From Guillardia theta CCMP2712 (Eukaryota; Protista; Cryptophyta), in the NCBI RefSeq assembly GCF_000315625.1, contig NW_005434670.1, positions 206,237-270,236 on the forward strand: DNA of 64,000 nucleotides, written 5' to 3'. The notes below the pieces were generated by a model, which did not search any database, was not told where the DNA came from, and worked only from the letters and a program-made list of their open reading frames with translations. The translations under genes were made by a program, and so were the position numbers. Below, one piece after another: positions 52,013 through 64,000 of the stretch. Each line of letters begins with the position of its first letter. Positions within the stretch are counted from its first letter, which is position 1.

Positions 52013-52199
52013 AGGTTTCTTATGATACATTAGGTTGACATCTTGACTCGCCTCAGACCCTACATAGACATTCCGCACCCTCTCTCCTCCTCTACATCCT
52101 CCTCTCCGCTGCTCTTTATCTTCTTCCTTTCGACATATGCCTCTTCTTCCTCCTCTATTCTCCCTCCTCCTTTTCCGTCTACATGTATTTCTCCATCAT

Positions 52200-55100
52200 T
52201 CACGACGCATCTCAACTGTCATGTCGACTTCAACGCTTCCGTGCAGTGTCGCTCCTCCAGAAGAAGGAAGGAACCCATCCACTTCGCTTCACCGCAAACT
52301 GCGACGTCACGGCCTGAGCAACATTCAGAACAACCAGAGAAGTGTCAAGACTGGTGGAAGTTGCGCAGGTAAGGAGAGGATGTAAAGGAGGGGCAGGGGC
52401 AGGGGCAGGGGCAGGGGCAGGGGCAGGAGGAGGCGGAGCAAGGAGCAAGGAGCAAGGAGCAAGGAGGATTTTGACCATCTTCTTCGTTGAAACATCTGGC
52501 GACTGGTCGCTGGCCACTGAGCTCGAGGAGACTTGATGCAGCTTGTGCTCCACGTTGTGCAGGAGACTTTTGAGAATGAAGATGAATTCTCCGTAGTCAA
52601 TCTGAAGGAAGAAGAAGAGAGAACGAGGGGAGTTGAAGGAGCAGGAGGAGGTGGAGGAAAAGGGGAAGAAGGGAGGAGGAGGAGGAGGAGCAGGAGGTGG
52701 AGGAAAAGGGGAAGAAGGGAGGAGGAGGAGGAGGAGGAGGAGGAGGAGGAAAGGGAAGAAGGAGGAGGAGGAAGAGGAGGAGGAGGAGGAGGTGGAGGAG
52801 GAGGAGGAGGAGGGAAAAGGCGATCAAATGGAGGAAAAGGAGAGCTGATATGAAGACTCACGAAACCGTCTCCATTCTGATCTTCATCGTCGATGAAGCT
52901 GCACCGACATCAACTCCTTTCCTTCGTCCTCTTCCCTTACAGACCTGGACACAAGCGAAGTGTCCGAGACTCCCAACAGCTGCAGGAAACTCAGGGGAAC
53001 TTTTGGTAGCTCATCTCCTCCTCCTTCTTCCCTGCCCTTCCTCCCACCTCCTTATGCTCCCTGCTCAAACTTTCTCCTTCACCATCCCCTCTCGTTCCAT
53101 ACCTTAATCGCATCCACAACACCATCCCTGTATCGCGTCAGAGGCGGAGGAGGAGGAAGCAAAGGAACCTGTCTATCACTCCCATCTCGCCTGCGATGCC
53201 CTTGAAGATTCTCTCCATCCTACTTGTGTCTGTGTGAACCTCTCCTATCTTGTCCTGCAGCTCCGCTAGCAAGCTCGAGTATCGCTTCGTCCCCTGCAGA
53301 CTCAGAGGTCAAACTCAACAAAGGATGACGAAGTAGGAGGGGGGGGGGGGGGGGGGGGCATGGTGGTGGTGGTGGTGGAGGTGGAGGAGGAGAAGAGTTG
53401 GGAGCAAGCGGGAGCTCGGAAGCGACGGCAAGGTGGAGCAATGGAAATGATCTCGAGAAGGAAGGAGGGGAGGTGAGGAAGGGCGGAGAGCTCGCACAAG
53501 CTTGCTGAAGGCTATCGCCCTGCTCCTCTCAACCAGCTCTCGACTCGCAGTGGCCTGAAAGTTCTTCTCCCATCCCCTCACAAGCACCTGCAGCTCTTCC
53601 TCAACCTCCCCGCGTCTCGTCGCCGCCTCACCTGGTAGGTGAACTCGTTGGGCATCGGGCCCTCCGCCTCCATCATGAGAACAATCTCTTCTGCGCGGCT
53701 GCAAAGAGATCAACCAAAGTCATGGAGGGAAGTGGAGAGGAGAGGAGAGAAGAGGAGAGTCGAGGCTAGGAGGAACTGTTCGGGATGGTCATGGAGTCAC
53801 CGAATATTTCCAGCGTTGCACCAACATTCCATCAGCCTGTTGTACTGCCGTTTCTTGTGATCAACAGAGTGATAGAAGAAAAAGGGACGAGGGGGAGGGA
53901 AGAAGGACCAGGAAAGGAGGACGAGGACGAGGACGAGGTTTACCGTCCTAGTGGTTGGCTTCAGATTCATCTTCGCCATCCTTGCTATCATCTCCTCTGC
54001 ACGTCGGGGTTGGGGGACTTGGGAGTCGCAGTACGACTGCAGGACCCTCTCGACCACAAGCTCGCTCGGAGATATCTTCTCCCTCACCATCTCCTCAAAG
54101 ATCCTCTCAGCAGCCCTCCAGTCTCCTGCGGGCCAACAGTGAGACCCTGTCAACCGAAGCCGCAGCAGGTCGTTGATGGTAATCATCACTTAGATGCTAG
54201 AAGGAGCATGAGGAGGAGGAGGAGGAGGAGGAGGAGGAGGAGGTGGTGGTGGTGGTGGAGGTGATGATGATCGGGAAGAAGGAGACGAAGGGAGAAGAAG
54301 AGGAGGAGACAGATGAGGAAGGGGAGAAGGAAAGCGCCAGGATGCGCGCGAGAAGGAGGAGGAGCAGGAGGAGGCTGTGGGGCTGCCCTTGCAAACACCA
54401 GCTGTACTGCTCCTCCTGTTACCTTTCTCAACTTCCCGCAGTCTTCGATGGTAGTTCATCACCTCCCTGCCATCGCCATCAGGCCTCTCGTCCGCACGTG
54501 CAGCTGACGTCACCTGCTCCATCCCCTTTGTGCCACTAGGAACTTCTCGTAGTCAGTGATTACCCGCTCCCCTGGGACCCCCCCCGTCCCCGCACGAACC
54601 TCACCTTCCATGATCTCAGGGCACACGGAGAGCATAATCTTCATCCTCTGCACCTGATATGTTTGAGATGCTCCAAAAGAGCTCCGGCTTCCACGACTTC
54701 GCCCTCCTCTCCTTCTCCGCATTCCCCTGTAGTGCAAGACGAAGCGATTTGTGCACTGGTTTCTTCTCCATTCCGTCCCCTGCGATCTTTTCCTTCTCCT
54801 CCTTGACGATCGGAGCTCGGTTCATCGGGAGCATCCCCCTCGTCACCAGCTCCTTGGGGCTCAAATCTCTCCCTTCTTCGTCATGGAACCGAACGGAATG
54901 CCCGTCAAGCTCCACGAGGATGCGGTTGGCAGTCTCCTCGTCGGCGCATGAGATGATAGCATGGCAGGGATACTTGAACTGCATCTTGCTGCTTTTCCTG
55001 CTGCGAACACCGACACTCTTCTTCGTCGTCATCATCGTCTCCAGCTCCTCCTCCCAGTCGTCGAAGCGGAAGGCCTCCACAAGCTCCCAGAACTCTATCC

Positions 55101-55620
55101 TCCCCCCGGCATCGGCGGAGATGTCAATGAAGTTCCACAGCTCCTTAAGCTCCTCCGTCGTGACGGAGACGTCGAAATGTTGGAGAATTCTCCGCAGCTC
55201 CTCCCGGTCAAGGCCTCCGCTGTTATCCTTATCCCCCAGCAGAAAGACCTCTTTCCATGCCTCTACGTTCCACTGATCAGCAAGGCAGAGCTTGAGTCTC
55301 GATATGATCGTCTGCGGCTCACAGACTAGCTCAACCCCGACAATCTGCAATGACGCTTCAGGAAAGTTCTTAGGGATAACGGAGCGTGGCCGTAGCTTGC
55401 CCACAAACCATGACTCCACAAATGGCTTACAAGCAAAAAGTCTCACCTTGCCGTATCGCGACATCTCTTGCATGATCTGTCTCTCAACGATCTCCCTGTG
55501 CATGTTGTACCAGACGTCGGAGCCCATCCTCTCCTCGTCCTCCATTGCTTCCTGCCCCTCCTCTCTCAGCTCCCACGCATTGAACCCTCCCGCTTTCAAT
55601 CTCTTTCCAGCCATCGCCAC
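52200..55620 (-). CDS. EF-hand plus pentatricopeptide-repeat (PPR) protein (multi-exon); 3' end approximate
   Basis: EF-hands DKDNSGGLDREE and DISADAGGRIEFWE. PPR-like repeats GDWRAAERIFEEMVREKISP, AEEMIARMAKMNLKPT, YNRLMECWCNAGN, AEEIVLMMEAEGPMPNEFTY. Confidence 0.72.
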
Positions 55621-55738
55621 CGCCTGGCGTCCAATCAGTGATGCCTCGCCGCCCGGCGGGCCCGGGCCCGGCCTGCCGGGCCGGCAATCGGAACGCGGCG
55701 GAACCAGTCCGATCCGGTGGCACTTATTACTGAGTGGT

Positions 55739-55918
55739 GGGTCAAGCCTGCTCGACTCTCCTCATCGTCCTCGTACTGATCTTTAACTTAACTTTGAGTA
55801 AAGGGGAGCGGAGCCTGACAGTGACTATGATGCCAGCGCTCTTTACTCAAAGTTAAGTTAAAAATCAGTACGAGGACAATCACTGAGGGAGACTCAGAGA
55901 GTCGAGGAGGCTTGACCC
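55739..55918. repeat. ~180-bp imperfect inverted repeat (MITE-like or fold-back); further direct copy of the core at 56062-56098
   Basis: 55767-55803 is the reverse complement of 55841-55877 (1 mismatch). Outer arm GGGTCAAGCCTGCTCGACTCTC pairs with GAGAGTCGAGGAGGCTTGACCC. Confidence 0.88.
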
Positions 55919-57095
55919 TGACACTGTCCGACGGTCGCACAGGCCAAACGGCGAGAAGAGAACTTCGGAAAAGACAGCGAGAACCAAACCCAATCCTGCC
56001 GACTGCTGTCCCCCAAACCGTTAAGTGACTGGTGACTGTCGCACCAGAAGTTATCAGCCGTTTTACTCAAAGTTAAGTCAAAGATCAGTACGAGGACAGT
56101 GATGATCATCGCCAGTCATGGTGTCAGGACCTGGGGATCAAAAAGTCTCAAGCCCGTGACTAGGGGAAGTGGGGGAAGTCCGAGCCGAAGTTGGGGAGAC
56201 TTGGGAGGGCAGCAGGACGACATGTCAGATCGGAGGGTCATTGTGAAAAGGAAACTGTTCGGAGGTCGAGGGTTTACCCCAGGACTCTGAAGACAAGACC
56301 CGTGACAGCCTGCTTCGGATGCGCGGACCGGTCGAGGAGGTCAAAACCTGCGAAATCTCTCCTTTTCGCAGTCATCACATGTCGACAAGTGGATCACGGA
56401 TCGTCATATCACGGAACCTCTGTCAGCAGTCATGCTCCCCTCTAACCCCCATATAAGCTCCTCCCTCCTCTCAAGCACACCAACTCTCTCCTCCTCAATC
56501 GCACTAGTTCCGATGCCTTGCCATGCTGCAGTCTGCTGCTCCTCTTCGCCTGCTTCCCCCCGCCCCTCCCATTCCGAGTCGATCCAATTGCAAGGCCCCT
56601 CCCGCGCCAAGCAGCTCGCTTGCCTGCAGGCGTCTATCCGCCTCATCCTTGCGGGTGAGGTGGTGGTGGGTGCGACGGGGGAGCTGGTCCAGCTAAGAGT
56701 GTCTGCTGATACTGGGAGGATGCAAAGTGTAGATGAAGACGAAACGAAGGCCTGAAACCAAGAGGCCATGCTAGAGTCACTAGATTGTTGTTGTTTTCTC
56801 AGACAACTGAATGTAAACTAGACAGATTGATGCATATGTGTAGATATTGATTAAAAGCTCCTTCTCTTCTATAGCTTGTTGATGCTTTATCTCTTCTCCG
56901 ATTCTCCGAGCCTCACGTAACGCGCCCAGAGCCACAGCATGCGAAACAGTCTCGGGTGTCCTGCCCGCGTCAAGGAAGCTGCTCTCATTTGTCTGGTTTT
57001 GCTTCGCCATCCTCGCGGGCAAAATGCCTCACAACTCGATGCCTCAACAAGCTACAGGCAAGCCCAGTGTATCGGGTCGCGACGGGAAAGCTGAA

Positions 57096-57182
57096 GTGAG
57101 AGTCATGTCTGAGGGACTAAGAAGCCTGGCAGCTGTGTGTGAGAGTCATGTCTGAGGGACTCAGAAGCCTGGCAGCTGTGTG
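57096..57182 (+). repeat. 43-bp tandem duplication (1 mismatch)
   Basis: GTGAGAGTCATGTCTGAGGGACT(A/C)AGAAGCCTGGCAGCTGTGT, twice. Confidence 0.9.
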
Positions 57183-57927
57183 CTGCTACGCCAGGGCCCT
57201 CCAAGTCTCTGATGATGGAATCACACAAACTCAGACAGACAGTGCAGCACTGCAGTGAAAAGTTGCTGAGAGTTAGAGCTCTCCGTCTTTCCTCTTCAAG
57301 CTTTCCGTACGGTATGGTCTGTGTGCTAGGCTCAGTAGTCAGAATCATTCAAGGCTTCGACTGAGTGGTAAGGCAATTTTCGGGAACGGTTCGGTCCGTG
57401 GCGAGCGGCGACTCAGCCTATGCTCAGCGGCTCACAGTATGGCATTCATGTATCAAGCTGAGAGTCATGCCGTACGCTACTCCCATCATGGCAGGCCGCA
57501 TCACGCGGCCGGGCCGCCGCAGCACGCAGTCACGGCCACAGTGCCAGCCTGAGGGCAGCGGCCGCTGGGCCGGCTGACTCACGTGTCACCGGACTTTCAG
57601 TGAGCCTCAGCCTGTGAGCATCACTTGACTCGAGGCTCTGTGACTCTGTCACTTGTGATGTCGATTCAGTCTGAGTCTCCGACTGTCGGGGCGGCTCCGA
57701 CTCGCGGCCCGGCGGCCCCTCAGTGAGAGTCTGCCAGAGAGCCTGCCGCATTCGCCGCTGCCGGCGCGAGCCGGCGGCTGAGGCTCGAGCACGGTCACCG
57801 GGCGTCACGCTGTCGGACGTACCGTACGGTAACTTGAATGTGCCAGCCGACGCCCAAGTCGGGGCCCGGCTCACCGTGAGCCGGCCCACTGCGGCCGCAG
57901 CAAGCAACTCCTGGACGACCATGCTAG

Positions 57928-57943
57928 TTTGAAATTTCCCGCC
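57928..57943 (+). promoter_or_regulatory. CHR-like plus E2F site (TTTGAA-A-TTTCCCGCC) upstream of RFC1
   Basis: Canonical TTTCCCGCC ~370 bp upstream of a DNA-replication gene. RFC genes are established E2F targets in plants and animals. Confidence 0.6.
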
Positions 57944-58309
57944 AAATCAACGCCGAATGCGAAAGGGAAGAGGAAGAGAGTTGCGGTAGTGCGAGAAAGG
58001 TTGACGAGACTGAATGAAGTAGCGGATGAGCCTATAGCGGGGCAGAGGAAGCATAGCAAGCGGTAATGTGACTGCCCAGTAGAAGCACAGGGGTTGGAGT
58101 ATCCTGAAAGGAAGGGAAGTACAGCAAGTGGGGACATGAGGTGTCTTGCACTGGTTGCTTCATAATGCAGAACAGCACATCGTCCACAAAGGATATCACA
58201 CTGACTGTGTGTTGAACTCGATCACCTCTGTTCAACTCTGATTGAGCCTCGCTTGGCAGTTTCGCTACAGCCGCGGAGAGGTTCTTTTATGCTGACAGTC
58301 TGACGGGAC

Positions 58310-61300
58310 ATGCCGCAAGACATCAGAAGCTTCTTTGTGAAGAACAAGAGGTCGCCTGCCTTGCTTGCCGCCTGCACCAAATGACCTGACGAGTGTTGTA
58401 GTTCCAATGCACCCTCGGACAATGCGGCCGAAGGTTCGAACGAGAAGCAAGAAAACAAGGACTCGTCTCCTGTGAAGCCTCAGGCGAAGCGGGCGTCGGA
58501 GGAGGATCAGGCCTCCCCTCAGAAGAGGAAGCGGCAGAGTGGGAAGGAACCCAAGGACGATGGGGTTGTGACGTCCAAGTACTTTAGCCAGGAGTCTGAC
58601 AAGGTTGGGAACAAACGAAAGACAAAAGGAGCGTTCGAGGATGTCACCATTATCGAAGACTCTGAGCCTGAAAAGGGGAAGAAAGCTTCTAAGAAGGAGC
58701 ACCCTGTAGCCAGCGAGGAGCCAGCAAGGGTTGCTTCAAAGAGTCCTACTAAGGCAAAGAAAGAGGAGGTTGCGAAGAGTCCAGTCAAAGCCAAGAAAGA
58801 GGAAGAGTCATCGAAGAGCACAAGCAAAGCCAAGGAAGAGGAAGAGTCATCGAAGAGCACAAGCAAAGCTAAGAAAGAGGAAGAGTCATCGAAGAGCACA
58901 AGCAAAGCTAAGAAAGAGGAAGAGTCATCGAAGAGCACAAGCAAAGCTAAGAAAGAGGAAGAGTCATCGAAGAGCACAAGCAAAGCTAAGAAAGAGGAAG
59001 AGTCATCGAAGAGCACAGCCAAAGCTAAGAAAGAAGAGGTTTCAAAGGCCCCGGTCGTGACCCAGAAAGAAGAGCCCAAAAACAGCCCAGTGAAGGCCAA
59101 GACTGAAGACAAATCTCACTCCGGCCAGGGAGGTCATGTGAAATCTACGGAGGAGGTCAACAGCAAGGCGTCGAAGCCTGCCAGTGAGACTCAAGCTGAT
59201 CCTCCAAAGCGCAAGTGGAATTGGAATCAACAGAAGCAAGATGTGCCCAACAAGCACCTAAAGGAAGAGAGGATCGACGAGAACAGAGGGGCACCAAATT
59301 GTTTGAGTGGGAAAACATTCGTAATTACGGGAGTGCTGGACTGTCTCGAGAGAGACGAAGCGTCGGATCTCATCAAAGGATATGGAGGTCGAGTGACGGG
59401 ATCTGTTAGCAAGAAGACAGATTTCTTGTTGTGTGGAGAAGAACCAGGGGACAGCAAGGTTTGAGCCCATATTTTGATGCAAACATTGCTGACAACGCTC
59501 AGGTGAAGAAGGCAGAAGAGCTGAAAGTGCCCAAGATTGACGAAGCAGGCCTCTTTCAACTGATCAAGTCAACAGCGACATCAGGTGAAGTGATCGTTTG
59601 CTCTGATACAAGTGACGCCTACCCCGTTCAGCTCCGACGAATGAGGCAGCAAAGAGTCCAGAAGCCAAGGTACCGGTGAAGTTTTCGTTTACATTGATGT
59701 CTCCCTAGCTTGTTTTTGGATGCTGAATACGATGTTTGTGTTGTTGTGAATGCGTCAGCTCGGTCTTTCGGTCCCTCGGCAGAGTGCACAATCAGAAATT
59801 CCATGACTACCATGACCGACCTTTCCCTCTTTAGGTGACCAAAGCATCTCCAAAGAAGAGTGCTTTCACCGCGAAGAAAGATACCGCTGTAAAGAAAGAA
59901 ACAGACTCATCTGTTGACATCAAGTCCTCCTCCACGAAATCGACAAAAACAGACGTTTCAGGTGAAGGAGGAACCTCGTTGTGGGTCGACAAACACAGCC
60001 CGGCCAAATGCGAAGACCTTGTGGGAAATGGTGACAAGCGAGAAACTTTGCGCCGATGGCTGCAAAACTGGGGAAAGTCAGAAGCAGTATCAGGTGGATA
60101 AAGATGATTGCCAGTGTAAGGAGTGAGAGCTGATGTCTTCAGGGCAAGGAAGAGCCAAGAAAGAAGATGCTGACATGAATAAGAGGGCAGTGCTCATCAC
60201 AGGCCCTCCGGGAATCGGCAAGACTTCCACTGCGCGTCTGGTGATCACTTCTCTCAAGTATGACGTCGTCGAGATGAACGCAAGGTTCCTTCTCTGACCC
60301 TCCGCTGTCGATCTCTGACGTCATGTCTCCAAGTGACGTGAGGAACAAGGCTGGCATCGATGAGAAGGTGAAGATGAGATGAGATTGGGTGCCTTATGAC
60401 GGCTAGGCAGGTCTCGTCGTTGACTTCCAATCACTCCTTGTCTGGCTACTTCTCGAAATCAGAGCAATCGAAGATCGGCAACCGAAGAGTAACTTGACTT
60501 CAATCATTGTCGTTCTCTCACCGGGGTTTCCAGACGTGCTTAATCATGGACGAAGTTGATGGAATGTCGGGGGGGGACCGCGGAGGCGTGCAGGAGTTGA
60601 TCAACCTCATCAAGAACACTCGAGTTCCAATTGTTTGTATCGCCAACGATTACTATGACAAGTATCAGATCGGTTGGGAATTGCATTCTTATGCTAAATT
60701 CCTCCCAGGAAAATTTCAAGTTTGAAAAACTGGTGTTTGGATCTCCGATTTCAGAAACCTGGCAAGAACCTTGTCGTCAAGCGTCTAGAACAGATTGCTC
60801 GAGAAGAGGGGTTTCAGATCAAAGACAGAAACGTCTTTCAAAACGTGAGTTGACAAGGACGAAATTCAAACTGGGGTTTCTCACCTTGCATATCAAGGCA
60901 TTAGAGAAACTGGTTGAGGGAGCCAATGGAGATATTCGGCATGTCATCAACTCGCTACAGGTGGACTGTAGAAGTCGACATGCAGAGGGTGAAACCTCTG
61001 ACATAATGCCAATGGCAGACTTGGAGGATGCGGTCGAATGAGCTCAACTTTGCCGATGTATGAGCCGACAAAATCGATTCATTCAAACTCTGACGTTCTT
61101 GTCAAGGTTGCTGAGATGCAAAAGGGGGGGAAGGAACAGAGTGTCGTACAAGCCAGTATCTTCGATGTATCGACAGAATGGTTCCTTGACAGGTGCCCAT
61201 TCTTCGTTTGCTAATGTCATCAAAATTGTAAGCAACGAAAGAGCAGTCAAAAACGAAACAACGCAACTCTCGGCGATCGGCTGGACATGTTTTTCTTTGA

Positions 61301-62693
61301 CGCCGATCTTATACCTCTGCTGGTTCAGGTTCAGCGATGCATGGCAGCGAAGGCAAGGCTCATTCTTGTCTTGGCAGGAAAATTATCTCAAGACAAGAAC
61401 CTCTCTGCCGCCAGATGAAGTCAAGAAGAACCCGGAGTTCCACCTCATGGAGCGCATGTCACGTGCAGCAGAATCCATCAGTGATTCCGATCTCATCAAC
61501 AGTGACATCAGAAAAAACCAACACTGGAGCTTACTCCCTTGCTACGGTTAGCATTGCTTCTCCTTCCTCTCCCGTCTCATCTGTCCCTCAGGCACGCTGG
61601 CCACCGTCAAGGCCGGGTTCCCTATCAGAGGGATTCCGCCCGCGTTCTACTCCAACGAGCTGTGGAGGAAACAATCTTTCACCAAGGTCAGGCGTTCCCG
61701 AACTCCACGAAGTATTGTTTGACTTGTTGCTGGACAGATTTTAGGACACACTTCTACTGTCAACAAGAAGAACAGGCTCTTGTCTGACATTCAGAGGTTG
61801 TTAACCGTCCCTTCTCTCCCAAGTCGAGTAACCATCGGGGCAGATGCATGAAGCTCAAGTCATCTGCAAACAAGACTGACATCGCTTGCGAGTATATACC
61901 TCCCTGCCCTAACACGTCACACGATCCTGAGTCTTGAGTCTCCAGTTACTTGGGCGTTCTGCGAAATCGACTCGTGAAACCTCTTCTCGACAAGGTAACC
62001 AGGGGTCAGCGCTCTCCCGTCTCCTTGTGAGCTTTCCTCGCGTGCAGGGCCAGAACGGAATTCAAGATGTGATCGACCTCTTGGACGAGTACTACTTTAC
62101 CAAGGAGGAGTTCGACTCAATCTGCGGGTGATGCCGCTGGTCCCACATGCGAGGAACTCACTCAGCCCCACAGTGAGCTTCGGATCCAAGACGACAAGGT
62201 TGCGCCAGACATCTACGGCTCCGTTGATAGCAAAGTGAAAGCTTCGCTTACAAGAGGGTAAGGATACCCCCGAACACAAGTCGCCCCCCTGACCCTGAGC
62301 AGGTACAAGCAGGAGGGACACAAGATCGCCTTTGTGAAGAGCTCAGGAGTGAAAGGTGGACGCGCGCTGCATCATCGTCTCTCGCTCACATCTCTCAGAT
62401 CTCGCCTCCAAGGTCAAGTCTCAGCCCAAGACGCTGGGCAGGTCAGGGGACATGGAGAAGGAGGACGACGAGAAAGAGGAGAGGTTGGTCCCTCCCGGCC
62501 CCCATGCTCCTCGTTTCTCACACTTGGAGCAGCGAGGCAGAGGGGGAGAACGATTCCGACACAGATGCTCCAACTGCCGCCTCGCAGCAGAAAGGAAAGA
62601 AATCCAAAGGAGGCTCCTCAGCGGCAAAGGCCCCAGCAAGCAAGTCCAAGTCCGCGAGGGGGGGCAAGCGGGCGACGTGAGGGGCAGGGATGA
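58310..62693 (+). CDS. RFC1: Replication factor C subunit 1 (multi-exon)
   Basis: N-terminal DIRSFF; [39 protein letters not shown]; LWVDKHSP; Walker [12 protein letters not shown]; Walker [16 protein letters not shown]; GDIRHVIN; QENYL; [10 protein letters not shown]. Confidence 0.96.
58788..59040 (+). repeat. 39-bp coding minisatellite ([13 protein letters not shown], ~6 copies) in the RFC1 N-terminus
   Basis: Repeated AAAGCTAAGAAAGAGGAAGAGTCATCGAAGAGCACAAGC. Confidence 0.93.
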
Positions 62694-62761
62694 TAGGAGC
62701 ACATACATTGCAACAACAAGACAGACATTTCAGACATACAGCACTCACTCTTCTCGCACCT

Positions 62762-63850
62762 TCAGCTCGACCTTGATCGAAGAAGTCTCGACAAGATTTC
62801 GAGGTCCTCCGAACGCTTGCTCTCATGCCTACCAGCACTCTTCCCTCTCGAGGGCTCCCGAAGGCGGCTGGCGAGAGACTTCATGATGTCCCTGTCCTCC
62901 CTCTCCTCCTGCCTCCGTCGCTTCATCCTCTCCACGAGGTCATCCATCACCTCCCGGACAGCATGCAGCTCGTTGGCCTGTCGGTGACGATCCGCGTCCT
63001 CCTCTCGGTGCAGCAGAGCGTTGATCCCCTCGTATTGCTCACCGCCAGACCCCGAGCCTCTCGCAGACTTGGACTCGATCAGAATCCTCAGCAGCTTCTG
63101 CAGTCCCTCCTTGGACATGTGCTCCATCGCCTTGAGCAATTTCGTCTTGCTACCTCCATCTGCCTCCCCCGAGGTGCTCCCTTTGGCAGCCTTGGGCTCC
63201 TTCTGCTTGGACTCCCAGTCCTTGCCCGAGGTAAACTTCTGTTGGACGGCACGGGGGGGCTCAGAAGCCTCAAACTTGTTCTCCTTGCCCGATGTCTTCA
63301 CCACATACTTCGCCGACGCCCCCCCATGCATCTGCGCCCACTGGCTCTGAAACGCCACATTCTGTTGCACGGGAGCGGCAATCGCAGGAGTTGACTTGGA
63401 GACCTCTGGCATGCCTTGCAGGTTCGTCTTCGCGTCCAGCACGGCCGCCATGGCGTCTTGGACTGCCTCATCTCCCGGGGGCAGAGCAGCCTTCCCATCG
63501 CGCATGTTGCGGGAAAGCTTTGAGAATTCATCTTTGCTGAACACGTTCGGGGAGCATGGCGGAGATACGCAAGAGGATGGCGGTGACGATAGCAGAAAGT
63601 TTCCTTCCTCCCTCAGCGATGTCCCGTCACTCATTGCGACGAAGAGGAGGCAGACCACTGCTACTATTCCTGCCACGGCAACGATGCCTCGTCGAACGGC
63701 CCGGCATGAGTTTGAGGGACTGGCATTTCCCAATCCAACTTCAAGGACGAAGGATGAAGAGCAGGAGGAAGCAGAGCAGCTCAGCTGTTTCTGCCCTCTT
63801 CCCTCCCCACTGCCTTCCTCTACCCGCACGGCGGGCTCTCCGCCCGCCAT
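62762..63850 (-). CDS. Hypothetical type II membrane protein with C-terminal coiled coil
   Basis: TM segment GIVAVAGIVAVVCLLFVAM; long open frame. Confidence 0.6.
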   Translation of the reverse strand: MAGGEPAVRVEEGSGEGRGQKQLSCSASSCSSSFVLEVGLGNASPSNSCRAVRRGIVAVAGIVAVVCLLFVAMSDGTSLREEGNFLLSSPPSSCVSPPCSPNVFSKDEFSKLSRNMRDGKAALPPGDEAVQDAMAAVLDAKTNLQGMPEVSKSTPAIAAPVQQNVAFQSQWAQMHGGASAKYVVKTSGKENKFEASEPPRAVQQKFTSGKDWESKQKEPKAAKGSTSGEADGGSKTKLLKAMEHMSKEGLQKLLRILIESKSARGSGSGGEQYEGINALLHREEDADRHRQANELHAVREVMDDLVERMKRRRQEEREDRDIMKSLASRLREPSRGKSAGRHESKRSEDLEILSRLLRSRSS

Positions 63851-64000
63851 GCTCTATTTCTGGAACAAAGCCGACCCGCCTCAGACTCAGACAACAAGAT
63901 CCAGACCCGCCTCAAAGACATGTCATCGTTTGAAGCGGTAGAGCCGTTATCATTTGTAACTGCTGTGGCTCTTCGGACCATCAAGGCTGACGATGCAGCG

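Noticed and set aside
52325-54540. Many ORFs of poly-E/G/R/P/S (also 20825-21049, 35917-36242, 44048-45023)
   Set aside because: Translations of intronic GAG/GGA/CCT microsatellites, not proteins.
55767-56098. ~37-bp repeats with unique spacers resembling a CRISPR array
   Set aside because: Only three copies, one inverted, with irregular spacing. Eukaryotic context and no cas genes.

Overview
Eukaryotic nuclear DNA with many ~50-nt spliceosomal introns, GAG/GAT/CAG microsatellites and a bipartite 'AHA|F' plastid-targeting presequence. These features are consistent with a cryptophyte alga such as Guillardia or Hanusia (inference). The first ~10.5 kb is an accessory locus. It holds four near-identical copies (~2.83-2.87 kb period) of an unknown gene ('ORF-A') whose product looks like a PD-(D/E)XK-type nuclease with a C-terminal coiled coil, and each copy has a different set of 21-nt heptad units. 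Between copies 1 and 2 the usual spacer is replaced by a Crypton-type tyrosine-recombinase gene, whose apparent internal stop lies in a 48-nt intron. The rest is gene-dense host sequence: plastid-targeted MsrA, an ARID+RAMA+MBD-like chromatin protein, CobS, a TRIM-like RING-B-box-coiled-coil-FN3 protein, two glycosyltransferases (GT-A type and GT10 fucosyltransferase), SLX1, a PDZ/filamin/PARP-like protein, an EF-hand+PPR protein, RFC1 and several hypotheticals. Non-coding signals include a dispersed repeat family that forms a ~180-bp hairpin, GC-rich islands that appear to grow by short templated insertions, a 45-bp intron sequence reused at an unrelated site, and an E2F/CHR-like motif shared by the RFC1 promoter and the ORF-A repeat unit. 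Exon boundaries of multi-exon genes were read by eye and are approximate. Domain calls come from motif recognition, not from database searches.
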